Part shown: piece by piece, positions 40,301 to 55,185 of the stretch | Position numbering within the stretch: position 1 is the first letter of the stretch | Layout: every line of letters starts with the position of its first letter | NCBI RefSeq assembly: GCF_009914755.1 | Contig: NC_060932.1 | Source: the human T2T-CHM13v2.0 reference genome, Homo sapiens | DNA length: 64,000 nt | Direction: 5' to 3' (one strand) | Notes under the pieces: model-generated | Database searches by the model: none | What the model was told of the DNA's origin: nothing | The model's input: the letters and a program-made list of their open reading frames with translations, nothing else | Made by a program: the position numbers and the translations under genes

Positions 40301-41756
40301 TCAGGCCACACACTGTTTGACAGCAATTCAAATTATGTTGCCATTCTGAAGAATTAAATGTTTCTTATGACCTTAGACTACGACAGCCAGATATTTCAAG
40401 AGGAATTATGTCAGTGTGTACGGCAAATCCAGAATAAAGATGTTCTGTTACCTCTCTAGGAGACTGAGAAAATGACTGGGGGGTTAGCACAGGTTAACTT
40501 TCAATATGGCACAGAGTGAGAGCAATAAAGCTAACTCCGGGCAACAAGCAGCAAGCAGCTTTTCCAAAAGCCATCAATGTTCTGTCAGTGTACACAGCAA
40601 TGTGCAAGCCTCTGAGTACGAATCACAAACTGGAGATTACTAGAAAACAAGACCATTTTAGCTCCTAACATATGAAGTGAGTTTTGAGCATACTACTCAG
40701 GAATGCGATGTCTCACTATCTGGCATCCCAGGGACAGAGGCTCAGCCACATAAGCGTGTTCTCCAGATAAAGGAGGCTTTCGTGTTAATATAAATAACAA
40801 AACTTAAACATTGTTTACAAAGACCACTCTGGGAAAAACGTCAGCCTCAATCCATCCCACCCCTCAGATTTAAACTTTTCCTTTACAACTCAAGAATGTA
40901 TACACTTTTTTTTACAATGTACCAATGTTCAAATTTTGCAACGCACTGGTGTTCTTGAGCATTATTTGAGATAATTAATTTTTTTAAAAATGGTTTAAAG
41001 TAATTCTTAAACTTTAATTACTAAAGTTATGTTTTAATGTCAGGTAACTGTTTCCCTCTACTGTCAACAGGCCCAGCAGAGGGTGATGTTTGACCCTTGG
41101 GTTTTGTTGCATCCTCATGACAGGGGCTTTCTTCCTATATCCTTTACATTTTTTTTTTTTAACTTTTCATCTCCTATTTTTAAAGCACTTAGTGCTTCTA
41201 TTGTGCTATAAAGAAGACGAAGACATTAATATTGGTAAAATGTTACCATCTAAAATAATAATAGATTATTTTTGGAATAGGTTTTGGAAGATCTTGGGGA
41301 CTCTCCTGTCCTTTGAGGTACATTTTCCTCTCTTCTTAGGAAACTGAAGCTACCAAATAACTGTTTCTCAGAATTAAGAAAAATTCTGTAAAGTTACTAT
41401 TTTACAAAGCATATTCCAAAGACATAAAAAGTGGTGTACTATAGCAGTAAAATAAAATCGATCATTTGGAATAGACTTAGTTCTAACTTAAGCAGACGAC
41501 GAGTCTACAGGTAAAGATCTCCAGTTAACAAAAGTAAGCTTGAGGTGGAACCCAGTAAGAAACTAATACCATAATAAAGATAAAAATTCAAAATGTCCCG
41601 TGTAAAAGACATGAGCGCCTGCCTCTGTGTGGGGATAAAGACAGTGCACGGGCTTAAAAGAAACATGCCCTTTGGATATTTGTCAGTCATCATAATGAGG
41701 AGTTATAAACTATCTCCTGATGAACTTTCTTTTCTCCACCAAAATGGTTAGATTAA

Positions 41757-41793
41757 AAAACAAACAAACAAACAACAACAACAACAACAAAAA
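41757..41793 (+). repeat. (AAAC)n/(AAC)n simple repeat
   Basis: AAAACAAACAAACAAACAACAACAACAACAACAAAAA. Confidence 0.85.
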
Positions 41794-41924
41794 CTAAAAC
41801 CATATGCTAGGATGTACAGAAATGGAATCTGATACATGTCATTTCTGGGAGGTTTAGCAGAAGGACGCCATCTTTACCCAAAGACTGCCCAATTGACGTT
41901 ACTCCTGTACTGTCTCCACTAATA

Positions 41925-42130
41925 ACCACTTTCATCGATCTGTTTAACACCTAATACCTTACAGAAGCCACTTGTTCTCTTGTTTTCACTCTCAACATGA
42001 CAATTCTGCGAAGTGGGTTGAGGTAATATTGCAATCCCCACTTTCCTGATGAGGACGCTATCACAGAGCCAGCATGCAGATTCTCGCATGAAGTATACCA
42101 GGAACCACGCTGTGTCCCTCACACTATAGC
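41925..42130 (-). mobile_element. MIR
   Basis: AATCCCCACTTTCCTGATGAGGA resembles the antisense MIR core. Confidence 0.55.
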
Positions 42131-42419
42131 TGTCTGCATTGCCCTGTCCTTTTTAAACCTGCCATGAGCTTTTCTGCAAGTCAGGGAGAGAAAGTTTTCT
42201 TCTGCTCCTGCCTTTTACTCTCTGTTGCAGAACACGTATTTCTACGTGGACAGAGTGAAGAGAACTCCTACAATGCTGCTAGCAGTCTCACAGCAGATGA
42301 TCCCTGCGACATATCTGAGTATGTCTCAAGAGGTACCTGAAAAAGCTGTACAGACCTCAGCATCCAGGGGCCCTTGATGCTCAGGCCTCATCCTACTGAC
42401 CTAAACTTAATCCCAACCG

Positions 42420-42840
42420 CTTCTCACTCTTCTTATCTTTGTCAGTCAGGCCTGACTCTTCATTCCAGGTGAGTGCGTGGCACTTTAGCTTCCACTCAGC
42501 CCATGCATGGAAGGCAAGCTTGCCTCCTTTCTGAAGCTTTCCCGAATGACCCTCCATCTGCTGTCATCCTGTCTGGAACTCTGTTGCCCCATCCTGATTC
42601 ACTACTAAGCTGGCTTCTCCTCATTCAGCAGTCAGCTCAGTATCTTTTTCCAAAAGGACCTTCTGTGACCATCCCTCCTTAAACAGCAGCCCAGCTCCAC
42701 CCTAGTCATTCATTTGCCACCAAAACCCCTACTTCTGTGACTTCAGGGCACTCATAGCTGTTTGAAATTACCTGCATCTCAGAGGCCAAAACAGAACCTG
42801 GTGAAGAGCCGGAGCTCAATGACCAGCTGTCAAATAAAGG
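42420..42840 (+). mobile_element. L2 3' fragment
   Basis: GTCAGCTCAG...CCTTCTGTGACC...ACAGAACCTGG...GAGCTCAATGA motifs of the L2 3' end. Confidence 0.5.
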
Positions 42841-42892
42841 AACTACTTTAAATATACAAGTTTCCCTTCTCTATCGGCTCTCACGTCATTCA

Positions 42893-43205
<313 letters not shown>

Positions 43206-43508
43206 GAAAATTTAGCAGTTTTTTTTTTTTCTGAAAAAATGAATACAATAAATACGAAATGATTTCCCCCCTAACTATACAAAAAAGTATGAAGTGAAAT
43301 TTGTTTCCTTCCCGTACCATTTTCCTGTTCAGTCCCTCTGCCCGAAACAAGAACTGTTCCCAGTTTCCTATGCATCCTTCCAGAGATAATAAGCCATCCA
43401 CGTGTGTGTGTCCACGTGCGTGTGTGTGTTTGGGTTTGTGTGTGTGCGCTTGCCCATCCCTTTTCTTCTCATGGACTATAAATGGAAGCATGATATATAT
43501 TTTTGCTA

Positions 43509-43801
43509 TTTTTTTTTAAGATGGAGTCTTGCTCCATCGCCCAGGCTGGAGTACAGTGGCATGATCTTGGCTGACTGTAACCTCCGCCTCCCGGGTTCAA
43601 GTAATTCTCCCTGCGTCAGCCTCTGGAGTAGCTGGGATTACAGGCACCTGCCACCATGCCTGGGTAATTTTTGTATTTTTTAGTAAAGATGGGGTTTCGC
43701 CATGTTGGCCAGGCTGGTCTTGAACTCCTAACCTCAGGTAATCCACCCTCCTCTGCCTCCCAAAGTGCTGGGATTACAGATGTGAGCCACTACGCTTGGT
43801 C
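43509..43801 (-). mobile_element. AluS
   Basis: Reverse dimeric Alu with TATTTTTGCTATTTTT repeated on both sides. Confidence 0.93.
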
Positions 43802-43811
43802 TATTTTTGCT

Positions 43812-44129
43812 ATTTTTATTTATATTTTAGAGATAGGGTCCTGTTCTGTCGCTCAGGCTGGAGTGCAGTGATGCCATCATAGCTCACTGCAGCTATGAGC
43901 AAAGATCCTGGACTCAAGTGATCCTCATGCCTGAGCCTCCTGAGTAGCTAGGACTACAGGCATGCACCTGGCACGATCACGTCAGGCTGTTTGTTTGTTT
44001 GTTTGTTTTGGTAGAAATAGGGTCTTGCTATGCTGTCCAGGCTAGTCTCAAACTCCTGGTCTCAAGCGATACTCCTGCCTCGGCCTCTCAAAGTGCTGGG
44101 ATTATGGGCGTGAGCCACTGTGCCTGGCC
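43812..44129 (-). mobile_element. AluJ
   Basis: Reverse dimeric Alu with GGGTCTTGCTATGCTGTCCAGGCT and a (TTTG)n linker. Confidence 0.9.
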
Positions 44130-45559
44130 TTCTTAATATTTCTTGCTCTTTTAACCCTTATCAAAATCCTGTTACATTATCACATACAAAGCCGCCTTAC
44201 TCTTGTTAATAGCAGCATAGTATTCGAGCATGTGAATGTATCATATTGTAACAGGGTCTTATTATTGAACATTTAGTCTGCAATCTTTTGCTACAATAAT
44301 GATGCAGTGAATAATACCCCTGCAATGTATCACATCCTAACATTGAAACAACATAGTTTTCCAATTGTTTTCTGAACAAGTCTTATTTTCTTCATCCTAC
44401 ATTATTTCTTATCACCCACAATCATGGTGTTAGGTACATATGGGGTTCACAACTAGATTCAATATGAAATAATCACTTCAAAGACGTGTTGGATGACCCT
44501 GTCCTGCCCCATCTGGCTCTGAGGCCTTGACCATTTATAGACATGAGCCAGCCTGTACAGAGACAGCCGAGCCGGCTTGCTATAAAATAAAAGCAGGCTT
44601 CCTGGAGAGAAGCAGCTGTTTAAAGGTACAAAATAACTTTCCACAAAAGCTTTAGCAGAAAGTGAAGGTGACTTCCATAACAAATCAAAATAGCAGGAGA
44701 CATTTAATGAAGCAAACTAATTAAGCGGAAGGCTGGAAACTGGTGCTTCACCTTCTGATGCTTTCTCTAAGGACACCGTTTGGTAGATAAACCCTAAAAG
44801 GCTTCTAACAAGGGACCTAGTTAATGGTCATCAGAAAAACTCAACCTCTCAAAAGAGTACCAGAGAAATGAACTCAATACACTTCTTTGCTGTGTCTACT
44901 AGGTACCAGATGCTGGGGACACACAACGCTGATACCATCAGGCCCCTAACTTTGAGCAGCTCACATTCAGTCGGGGGTAGGAGGTAGAGAGAACAAGAAA
45001 TTCTGTTGCCATAATTATAATGATGAATATCTTCAGAGTATCAATGAACTGAAAGGCTTTCAGATCCCAAGTGAAATCAACAGGAGAGTATCAAACGGCA
45101 CCCAGGCAGACACTTCCCTCTTTGCTAAGAAAATCTCACAGAACCATTAGTAGAAGGAGGTGAAGACTGAGGTATGAACTCTGGAGAAAAGCTAAAGTGG
45201 AAATGAATTATAAATACCAATTGTCTAGAGGTACAATTAGCAGGATACCAAGAAGGACTGGGGAGGGAAGAGAGGCATGAGGTGTCAAGAGGAACTCAGC
45301 CTCAGCCTATTTTCAGAACAGAATGGCGGTTGTAACACTCAGTTAATTCAAAAGGCTCTCATGACTTTCCCTAGGTTCCTCACATTACATTTGCTTGTAC
45401 TGAAACAGAGTAAAGTGACAGAGGCTGATTTGGGAGTGACAGGGCAGGGGCTTGCCAAGATTTTCTGTCCATGTTTGTCACGTGGCCCAACATATTCAAG
45501 AGGCTAGTGCTGCTGTTATAAAGATGCTAATGATTAATTGTTTCCTAGACTATTCATTT

Positions 45560-45720
45560 GGACTTATTATTAGAGCTGGGAGAGGCCTCAGCAAGAATCA
45601 TCTTCAATCTCTTCATTCTATAGATGACTCCTGAGACACAGAAACAAAGTGACTTGTCCAGGAGCTCATAACTATGAAGTGACCAAACTGAGACTTGGGC
45701 CCAGGTTTCTTAATTACCAA
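45560..45720 (-). mobile_element. MIR
   Basis: TATAGATGACTCCTGAGACACAGAAACAAAGTGACTTGTCCAGG core. Confidence 0.55.
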
Positions 45721-47889
45721 TATTGAGGTTTCTTTTTTTCCTCCTATGCTATTTGTTTCTTGAAAGCTAAATATTCCACGAACACATATCTCTTCAGACT
45801 ACATTAAGGCCTGAAAGGTTATCTTGAAATGGAAAGTTCAAGGCTGGGAGACTGACTCTAGAAGTGAAATAGAGGCCAGCTACTCATAAGAACTACGAAA
45901 AGGAGACATGAAAGGACAAAATCAACTGTACCAATAGCGTAGGAACTGGTCTTGGAGTCCTGAAACGTATGTGACAGCTCCCTGTCCTTGACCTGGCAGG
46001 AGTGAGGTACGCAACCTTTCGTTCTCTGAGTGCTATTCCTTTCCATGCGGTAACATGACTACAAAGCAAGTTAATTTTGCAGAGAACGATAGCTACTACT
46101 GTTAAGGATACATAAACACACAAGGTATCATGAGGAAAACAGATACATTGGATCAAAACGTACTGCTTTATTTTTCCTGTCTTCTTCCAGGCCTTTCCAG
46201 CTAATACTTTTCTAGTCTAGGGATCTATTTTGAACCCCAGCAGATGGTGGCAGCCTAGCTTCTTCTAACACTCTACACCCCAGGACAGGATTCTTATCCC
46301 CTAGATGGTCCAGCCACATGAGGCCTGATACAGGCTCCACTGCCTGACATCTGAGCCTGCACCAGAACCCTGCTGCCATGTGTCACTAACCTACCACCTT
46401 GATGGACACACCACCGCTTTCCTAAACGGGACTCAGACCCTTTCTCCCAGAATAAACACTTGGCCCACAGTGCCGGGCTACCTCTTCCTCGCTGTCTGGT
46501 CCGTCACCCTTCGACCCCAGCCTGCTGAACCAGCTTCAGAGCCCCTTCCCTTGATTTCCCCTGCCCCTTCTCAGAAAGGTCCAATAAGGCTTGCCTTCAC
46601 CCATCTCAATTGGACATAAAACTGCAAAGGTTTTTCTAGCAGTGGGGCTACGGATTTCCTTAGTCCATAAGACATCACTAGAATCTAAGCTAAATCAACC
46701 TTAATGAACAATCACTATAAGAATTGGCGGTTAGGAGTAAAAAAAAAAAAATCCTATGATTTGTACAACCTATGAGGACGCATCACCTCACTCCAGCAGC
46801 CTTCAATCTTCCTGGAGCATCACACGCTTTTGATTCCATCTGTTCCTCAAACATACAAAGCAACAGGATGGGGGGAAAAATCTTTAAATAGAACCTTCTT
46901 ACATTGCAAATGAAATAACATTCTTAAGGCAGGGGGAACACCCGTATAAGTTAAACAGTTTTGAACCTGGAAAAAAACCTCATTTTTTCCCCCTCATGAA
47001 CAAGACCAGTCATGTAAGATGTTTTAGACCAGAGTGATGCATTAGATTTGCTGTTTAGAAGTACGGACAATGCAGAACAAAGACGGCCTCTGTGTGTTCA
47101 CACACTTAACTCTGTATAGCTGACAATGCCACAGTCAGCTCAGACCTTTCCAACCATCATATGGAAAACAAACACAAAACTGTGAAGCTACAGGGCCTTC
47201 CGGAGATCAGAAAAACTTACCCTATATACCTGAGGCATTATAAACTCTTCTTTCTGTGCTACAAGAAGGTATTCTTAATTCTAGCCCAAAGTAAACACAA
47301 AATGCAAATACAGAAATGCTATTTCACAGCCTCCAAAGCTGTTCATCCAGATGAGTAAACCAATCATTGTATATAAAAGGGTGAGTGCTGAGAAAATACT
47401 GTTTCAAAAGCTAATCCAATAAGCCCGTCCATAATTATCTCTAACATCTAGTGTCAACTCAACAAATATTCTCCAAGTGCCTAATACATGCCAATCATTG
47501 AATCTAGGAGGCAATAAAATGATCAGAGATCCCTGCCCTTGTGCTTCACATCAAAGACAAATTATTCTCTAAGTAAAAAACAATGCCAGTCGAAGTACAT
47601 GACCCTAGGTGCATTTTTTCTAAAAAAAGATTATTTGAACAGAGACAGAGAGGGAGCCACTTTTTGCTGTCTCATTTTCATTTATCAAAAGTCCTCTAAA
47701 ATTACCAACATTTCATTTTTCATTTCTTTGATTAGTTTGCTTGGTAGTCTGGGTCACTTATGAATTTCTATCAGTCCTTAATAATGTCAAGCCATATTTA
47801 GTTTCAACAAAAAAGGGTGACCATTTGGTACAATGTAAGAGTAACTGTAAGCTCTATAGTGCAAAAGACAAAACATCTGTTTAAATTCT

Positions 47890-48420
47890 GTTCAACATTT
47901 TAACTTCCCTCATTCACTGTGCCAGGCATGAGGAATAAAATATTATGCAAATCCAGAGAGATTCCTCTTCCCACTGAGCTGACACTGAGATAGACATTAA
48001 TCAATCAATAAGTAATAATCAAATAATACCCAAAATAAATGTAAAACAGTAACTGTGCCAATACAATGGAAGAGAATCACAAGGTACTGCAGCTCTGGAA
48101 GTCTCTGACAGCAATTGGAATGGGCCTGGCCTTAAGGAAGTCTGGGAATGCTTCCCTGAGGACTTTAGAAAATGAGGCAGGATCTGAAGAATGAACAGGA
48201 GAAAAGAGGGAACAGCAGTCTGTGCCAAGGCCCTCTGACGGAGGGGTAAAAGGTAAAAGCAGGAGCAACCAGAAGAAAATCAGGCCATAATGGAGCGGGA
48301 GCTGAGAAATATATTTAAGAAGGATGATGAGAGGCTTTTTTAAAGATGATGAAAAGCTATCAAAGGGACTTTAAAAAGTAGTAACAGAACCTGATTGGAA
48401 TTTTGAGGGGATTATTCATT
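47890..48420 (-). mobile_element. L2 fragment
   Basis: CACTGTGCCAGGCA...GGAATGCTTCCCTGAGG...GGGAACAGCAG..TGTGCCAAGGCCCT are antisense L2 motifs. Confidence 0.55.
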
Positions 48421-49074
48421 TTTTTCTTCCCAGTAACTGATGTTTGGCTAGCTGCAAGAATTGTCACTTTGGGCACATTTTCTGTAACCAAATGTATCTT
48501 TGGCCTTTATATTCAAAAGGGCAGTAAACCAAACTGCCTATATTATATAGATGTTATTTTAACTCCTCACTGGATAAGGTCTCTCTGAAATTAAAGGATG
48601 GAGTACAGATAGTCGGGGAACAATTAAAATTCAAACTTTAATACCAAAGCTAAGCTCTGGGGCTGCAGAAATTCACTACCGGGGGTAGAATGTCCAGGTG
48701 GGAGTTTGGACTGGTACTAGCTCAACCTCAAGTAAATTCCTGAAGGGTTTAGAAAAATCTGAAACAGACGCTGACATATGTGAAGGCCGGGCTACATAAA
48801 ACATGGAGATGATGAACTTCTCAAATGGAGCAGAACACCACAAAATTTGGAGAAGACAGGGCTATTTCAAACACATTTCCCCCAACTGCTGGTTATACTG
48901 CTGCTACCCCTCAATGAGTAGGGATTCTATGAATCAGACCAGCTTGACACATACGACCTTAAATACAACAAACAAACCCAACAGATTTGCTATTTCATAC
49001 TCTGCCTCATCCAAATTTCAATGTGGCCAAGCCCCAAATCCTGGTTTCTACCAGGTCAACAGCACATAAGGCGG

Positions 49075-49210
49075 CAGCAAAGCGCAATGGCTATGAGCCA
49101 AACGGACCTGTGTTCATATCTTGGCTTTGTCATTGACTGGTCAGTGACATTGAATAAGTTCCTGAAATTCTCTATATTTCACTTAAAAACAGGGGGAAAC
49201 ATGCTGTATT
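49075..49210 (+). mobile_element. MIR
   Basis: GACCTGTGTTCATATCTTGGCTTTGTCATT...GTGACATTGAATAAGTT...TAAAAACAGGGG. Confidence 0.55.
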
Positions 49211-50061
49211 AAAATTTGTTGATTTTAGGCTACTCACCAAAACAACATCCTGCTTTAGCGGAAATCTTCAGGCATTCCCTGTCCCTGTAAGCTGGTAACA
49301 AAGGTATAAGCCATGTGACCTAAGCCCGGCCATTTGATGCTCTCAAAAAAGTGGCGTAAAGACTCAGAGTCGGTGACAGAGCCCCCCTGTTGCAGTTGTG
49401 GTGGCAACTGCAGGCTACTAGCCCCACACTTTTCCTACGGAAGCAACGTGGCACTTTCCTCTGCAGTCAGCCTCCTTGGTTCAAGTCTATTTTTCTAATA
49501 TGATCCTCAAAATAGCCTCCTCCTCCATTCTGTGAACTACCTGATGACCTTTCAATAGATTCCTTTTTACTCTTAAGTTATTAAATGTCAGTTTCCATGT
49601 TTTTGGAGCCAGGAATCCTGGCTATTACAACTGACTTATATTAGATGGTGCAGGGCAAACAGAGATGAAGCATTAGCATGGCATCTGATAGGTAAGTAGT
49701 GATGATGGGTAGTAACACTGGACCCTGAATGCTAGGAAAGATCTGAAAAAAGAATTTGGGATCTGAAAATAGTCCTGTCCAAGTGTCATGAAACAGTAAG
49801 GTAACTAGAGCACCTCAAGCCAGTGTTTTGTTTCAGTGACAAAGATTAAGAAGACACTGGTACCTACTCAAGCCTGAGGCACCACACAGTAAATCATCAT
49901 CAATAAAATGTTCCTGGTCCCTTCAACACCTGCCCACCACACCCACCTGAGCCCTAACCTGCCAGCCAACTCTCCTCATCTGCTACCACCACACTGTTCC
50001 CTAAGCCTGTGGAGAAAACATTCTACAAAACTCAAATTAACTAAATTAAAAATGAAGTTCC

Positions 50062-50389
<328 letters not shown>

Positions 50390-50425
50390 TCACTTCTTAA
50401 ATAATAAATTAAAATTATTCTGATA

Positions 50426-50561
50426 GGCTGGGTGCAGTGGTTCACATGTGTAATCCTAGCACTTTGGGAGGCCAAGACAGGCGGATCACTTGAGCACCTG
50501 AGCTCAGGAGCTCAAGACCAGCCTGGGCAACATAGTGAAACCCTATCTCTACTGAAAAAAA
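50426..50561 (+). mobile_element. FLAM/Alu left monomer
   Basis: Monomer with TSD AAAATTATTCTGATA at 50411-50425 and 50562-50576. Confidence 0.9.
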
Positions 50562-51699
50562 AAAATTATTCTGATAAATGAAACTGTTTTCATGTGGTAG
50601 TACTGATTCAAGGGATCCTTGGAGCTGGCCAAAGGTATGGAGGAAAATTATAGCATAAAAATACTAACTCTTAGATATTTAAAAAAATCTAATACATTTT
50701 TATATAAGAAGGAAACAATAAATGGATAGGAAAAAAGACCCTCTAAGACAAGAAGGGACCAGAGTTAGGCTGTGCAATTCCCAAATTCTCTAGGGGTAAA
50801 ACTACTCCTTCCCCTTCTACTAGGGATCCTTAGCCTTCTAGACTTTTAGACTAAAGATCCCTAGCAGAGGGAGAAAGCTTCCTTGCAAAGAACAGCAACG
50901 ACAAAGGCCTGATGAGAGCTAATATTACAGTAATATTGAGATCACAACTTGGGCTGGCTATATGAAGGCTGACAATCTAAATGAAATCTTAATCTCTCTC
51001 AGAGGAAACTGCAGACAAACAGTCATTGATACCTGTCAGCCCCAAATCAGCCTTGCAGACATAAAAGTGCATGCATGAAGTAAAAAGATAACAGCATCTT
51101 TCATGCCTCCTGTCATGTCATAAACCAAACTAGGTAGTATATCAAATACTGTAGAAACAAACTATTAGACTTCTTCCATGTATGCCAGAAGACCCCTGAA
51201 GGATTCCATAGAACTGTGGATAACTTTGATCTATTCCCCCTTAAGGGGCATTTTTATTATGTAATAACTGACACATACGAAACAATACATATAATATTTA
51301 CACAAGATATTAGAAATAATAAAAAACACCCTTAAACATTCCTCCAAGTACATGAAACAGAACATAACCATCACCATTAAACTTCTTGAGGACACCAATC
51401 TCAACGGTTTTGCTCTTCCTGGGTATATACACATACCAGAAAATAATTTTGCATTATCTTGTAAAGTTGAATTTATCTACCTTGTAACCTCACAGCTCTT
51501 TTCCAAGGACTACACTCTAGAAAGACCATTACAGAAACTTGGAACAGATGAGTTAAAAAATGTTGTTTGTAACAAGAAGGAGTATGAAAGAAGTCAAATG
51601 GATAAATTAACAATGATAACTTCATGTGACCAGAACAGTACCCTCTCTCATGTGTAATGCAAGCTGGTAACAGGAACGGGGGGAATGCACATTCCTGGG

Positions 51700-52020
51700 T
51701 AGACTCTGTGCTGAGCTGCCCAGACACCCCTTCAGGAATCAAGGGCACATCCAGCGTCACCTGGCAGCTGTCGCTGAGAATTGCCCTGAGATGAAAAAAG
51801 GTGCCTGGCCCAGGGTCATGGGAGACAGGACCTGCATCTGAGGATGTGTCAATGCCTCTCTAGCTTTCTCCACCGACCTCCGGTCCCAGAGCTCTGCAAG
51901 GATTCACAGAGGCCTTTGTTGAGATGGCATTGCCGTCCGTTCCTCTCTGCCCAATCCTGCTTCCTTTCCACCTCCTCCTCACCTCCATACGACTCAGTCT
52001 GTTCCCCAGGGAATTTCATA
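51700..52020 (+). mobile_element. LTR16-like (ERVL) LTR remnant
   Basis: CCCAGACACCCCTTCAGGA...GAGGCCTTTGTTGAGA...CTCTGCCCAATCCTGCTTCCT...CTCAGTCTGTTCCCCAGGGAA. Confidence 0.65.
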
Positions 52021-52029
52021 CAGGCCGGA

Positions 52030-52205
52030 AACTTCACATTATCTCATTTAATACGTATGACAAACACTATTAGATAGATATTATCAGTCCCATTTTATAG
52101 ATGGTTTTAGAGGAAGTAGTTAACTTGTCTAAAGCTTTTCAGCTAAGACAGGAGCTTGGATTCAATGTTGAATCTACTTGGATCCTCAAGACTATGCTCT
52201 TTCAA
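52030..52205 (-). mobile_element. MIR
   Basis: ATTATCAGTCCCATTTTATAGATG...TAACTTGTCTAAAG...CAGCTA. Confidence 0.65.
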
Positions 52206-52539
52206 TTACTCTGTGTGGCCTGTTTTACTAAGCAGCACGTTGCTCAGCTTGTGTTAAGATACATTCCGAGGAGCAAATAAAAGTGCATTTCTTTTAAATT
52301 ATTCTTTAATTCAGATATTACTAATTGCATTTTCCCCAGAATTACAAAGGTCTTAGTACATTATAATAAGTATCACAGTCACTCATCAAGATATGATGAG
52401 CTTCCTAGCTTGTGAATACAAATAAGAAATACTCCATTTTTACTGCACTAGTTCTAAGATATCTGATTCTCATAGGATAAGGGAGCAGTAGTGTGCCTCA
52501 AATCGGAACATCATTAGAGCTGGGGAAAAGTATAGAATG

Positions 52540-53017
52540 GTACTGTCCAATAGAAGTCTATAAAAGCCACATAATAACTTAAAATTTCTAGTAACCTCAT
52601 TAAAATGTGTAAAAAGAAAACAAGTAAAATTAACTTTAACGATGCATCTTGTTTGCCCCATATATCCAAAATGTTAGCATTTCAGGCCAGGCACGTTGGC
52701 TCATGTCTATAATCCCAGCACTTTGCCACTTTGCGGGGACAACGTGGGAGGATCACTTGAGCCCAGGGGTCTGAGCCCAGGGGTTTGAGACCAGCCTGGG
52801 CAACATAGTAAGACTCTCTTTCTATTTTATCAAATTTAAAAGAAGTTATTTCAACATGTAATCAATAAAAACAATGAGATATTTTACATTATTTTTTCTG
52901 CACGAGTCTTTGAAATCTGGTGTGTATTTTACATTCCCAGAATATCTCAATTTGGACTAGCCAGGTATTAACTGCTCGACAGCGACATGGGGTGAGTGGC
53001 GACAATACTGGGTATCA
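52540..53017. mobile_element. MER33-like hAT-Charlie element split by a FLAM monomer (52684-~52840, plus strand)
   Basis: GTACTGTCCAATAGAA start, GAAATCTGGTGTGTATTTTACA...ATCTCAATTTGGACTAGCCA. The Alu monomer lies between two ATTTCA. Confidence 0.75.
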
Positions 53018-53664
53018 CAGGCAAGGGGGAGAGAGTAGGAAACAACGGGCTAAGAATGAGATAAGAGAATTGTCAGTACTTTTACCATCCACTCCTGACT
53101 GGCCAACAAAAGTACCTGACAAGTGATAAGACTCAAAACATTTTCTCTTAAATATGGAGCCCATCTCCTTGACAGTCTATGTAAACAAGAGTGCTCTGCA
53201 GAACATTATAGAAAAGTGTTTCTTTTATATACAGTATTAAGGTCTGAGGTCCATGATTCACTAAAACATTTCCTTGCTATCAGAAGTCGACTTGGGAACA
53301 TTTTATATTCTAGAACATTATTGTTACTTAAAGAAACAAAATGCTTTAAATGGAGTTCTAAGAAAAGAACATGGCACCTTCTCTCCTCCTTTATCTTAAA
53401 ATCCCCAGAAGGTCCCAAAGCTCTGCCTGTGATTGCGTGAATTACCTCTGGGCAAGTATCTATCAATTTTTAGGGGTCCTAGATTCCTCATCCAGGAAAT
53501 GTGAGTGTTGGATGAAATAACCTCTCCAGTTCCTTCTGGCATCAACATTTCGTCACTACACAGCACAGTCTGATCAGCAAATTGTTTTCTGAAAAGCAAA
53601 CAAAAATCCATTTCATCGTTGCATCACTTTTCTCTGAGAAAAAGTCTGTACATAATTTATCTAT

Positions 53665-54459
53665 TGTGGAAAGATGAATAATGGTCCCCCCAAAGATGTC
53701 CATGTCCTAACTCTCAGATCACAAGATTTTTATGTTACTCTGTGAATATTATATGTCAAAAGAGAATTTGCAGATGTGAATAAGTTAACGAACTTAAGGA
53801 GAAGAGATTACCCTGGGTTGTCTCAGTGGGCACACAGGATGTATTTTTGTTTTGTTTTTTCAGAGACAGGGTCTCACTCTGTAGCCCAGGCTCAAGTGCA
53901 GTGGTGCGATCATAGCTCATTGTAACCTCGAACTCCTAGGCTCAACTGAGCCTCCTGCTTCAATCTTTCAAGTAGCTAGGTCTACAGGCACATGCCACTG
54001 TGCCCACCTAGTTTTAACATTTTTTAATTTTTTAAAAAAATTTTTGTAGAGATGAGGTCTCATTACGTTGCCCAGGTTGGTCTCTAACTCCTGGGCTCAA
54101 GTGATCCTCCTGCCTTGGCCTCCCGAAGTGCTAAGATTATAGGTGCAAGCCATGATGCTCAGCCTCACAGCGTTCTTACAAAAGAGGTTGGAGGTTCAGA
54201 GTCAGAGAAGACGGGATGACAGAAGCAGAAGGGAAGAAGAGGTTTGAAGGTGGAGAAAGGGGGTCATGAATCAAGGAATAGACAGCTCTTAGAAGCTGGA
54301 AAAGACAAGCAAAAAGATTCTCCCCTCGAGCCTCCAGAAGGAATACAGCCCTGCCAACCCATTTTGGACTTCTGACCTTCAGACCTATGAGCTAATATAT
54401 TGTGTTAAGACAACAAGTTTATGGTAATTTGATACAGTAGCAATAGCAAACAGATATAC
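53665..54459 (+). mobile_element. MLT1D-type solo LTR with a nested AluJ (~53843-54164, minus)
   Basis: TGTGGAAAGATGAATAATGGTCCCCCAAAGATGTCCATGTCCTAA...GATTCTCCCCTCGAGCCTCCAGAAGGAA...AAGTTTATGGTAATTTG. Confidence 0.85.
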
Positions 54460-54779
54460 CTATAATCATACAAGTAACATCCAAGATGGTATATCTATGT
54501 GGCTTCTTTGTCAGAAATAGGTGTATTGATTTCCAACTAATCTATTTAATTAGGATTAAGGAGTTCTGTGTTAGCTTTTATATGCAGGAACAATAATATA
54601 TGAGATAAGTTTCAATAAAAAAGTACTAGCTTTTTCTAGAAAATATGTAGAAACACTATCATTTAAAATTAACATTAATGAGAGATAGTAAATCTGTATT
54701 AATATTAATCATCTGAAGACCCAAAGATGAAACCCCACTCAACCAGGCTCATAAGGAAATGAATGAAAAGGTTACCTGG

Positions 54780-55185
54780 TGTGGCAGAGATGCCTGTTTG
54801 TCCACCTAAATCCCTTCTTCCTCCCATGGTACAGGGTTGTTTCTGGGAACATCCAGAGACTGCTTCTCAGCATCCCTTGCAACTAGATTCCTGCTAAGGA
54901 ATGTGAGTGAAAGCTATGTGTGCCACTTCCAGGCCAAGCTTTTTAAGAGCCACTACTCATTTTACTTTTACAGGCCAAATACAGAAAAATTCATAAGTCC
55001 CCGAAGATGATGATGCCACAAAATGGAAAGAGGCTGCTGTATTTTTGCAAAAAGAAGCAATCTGTTCACCAGGAATATCTAGCTTTGACAACCATGTAAA
55101 CAAGAAACAAACTTATACTGTGTTGGAGCCAGTAAACAATTTGAGATCATTTACTACAGTAATGTAGCCTACTCAGATGAAGACA
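54780..55185 (+). mobile_element. Old MLT1 (H/I/J-like) LTR
   Basis: TGTGGCAGAGA...CAGCATCCCTTGCAACTAG...TGTGTGCCACTTCCAGGCCAAG...ATGTAAACAAGAAACAAACTT. Confidence 0.6.
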
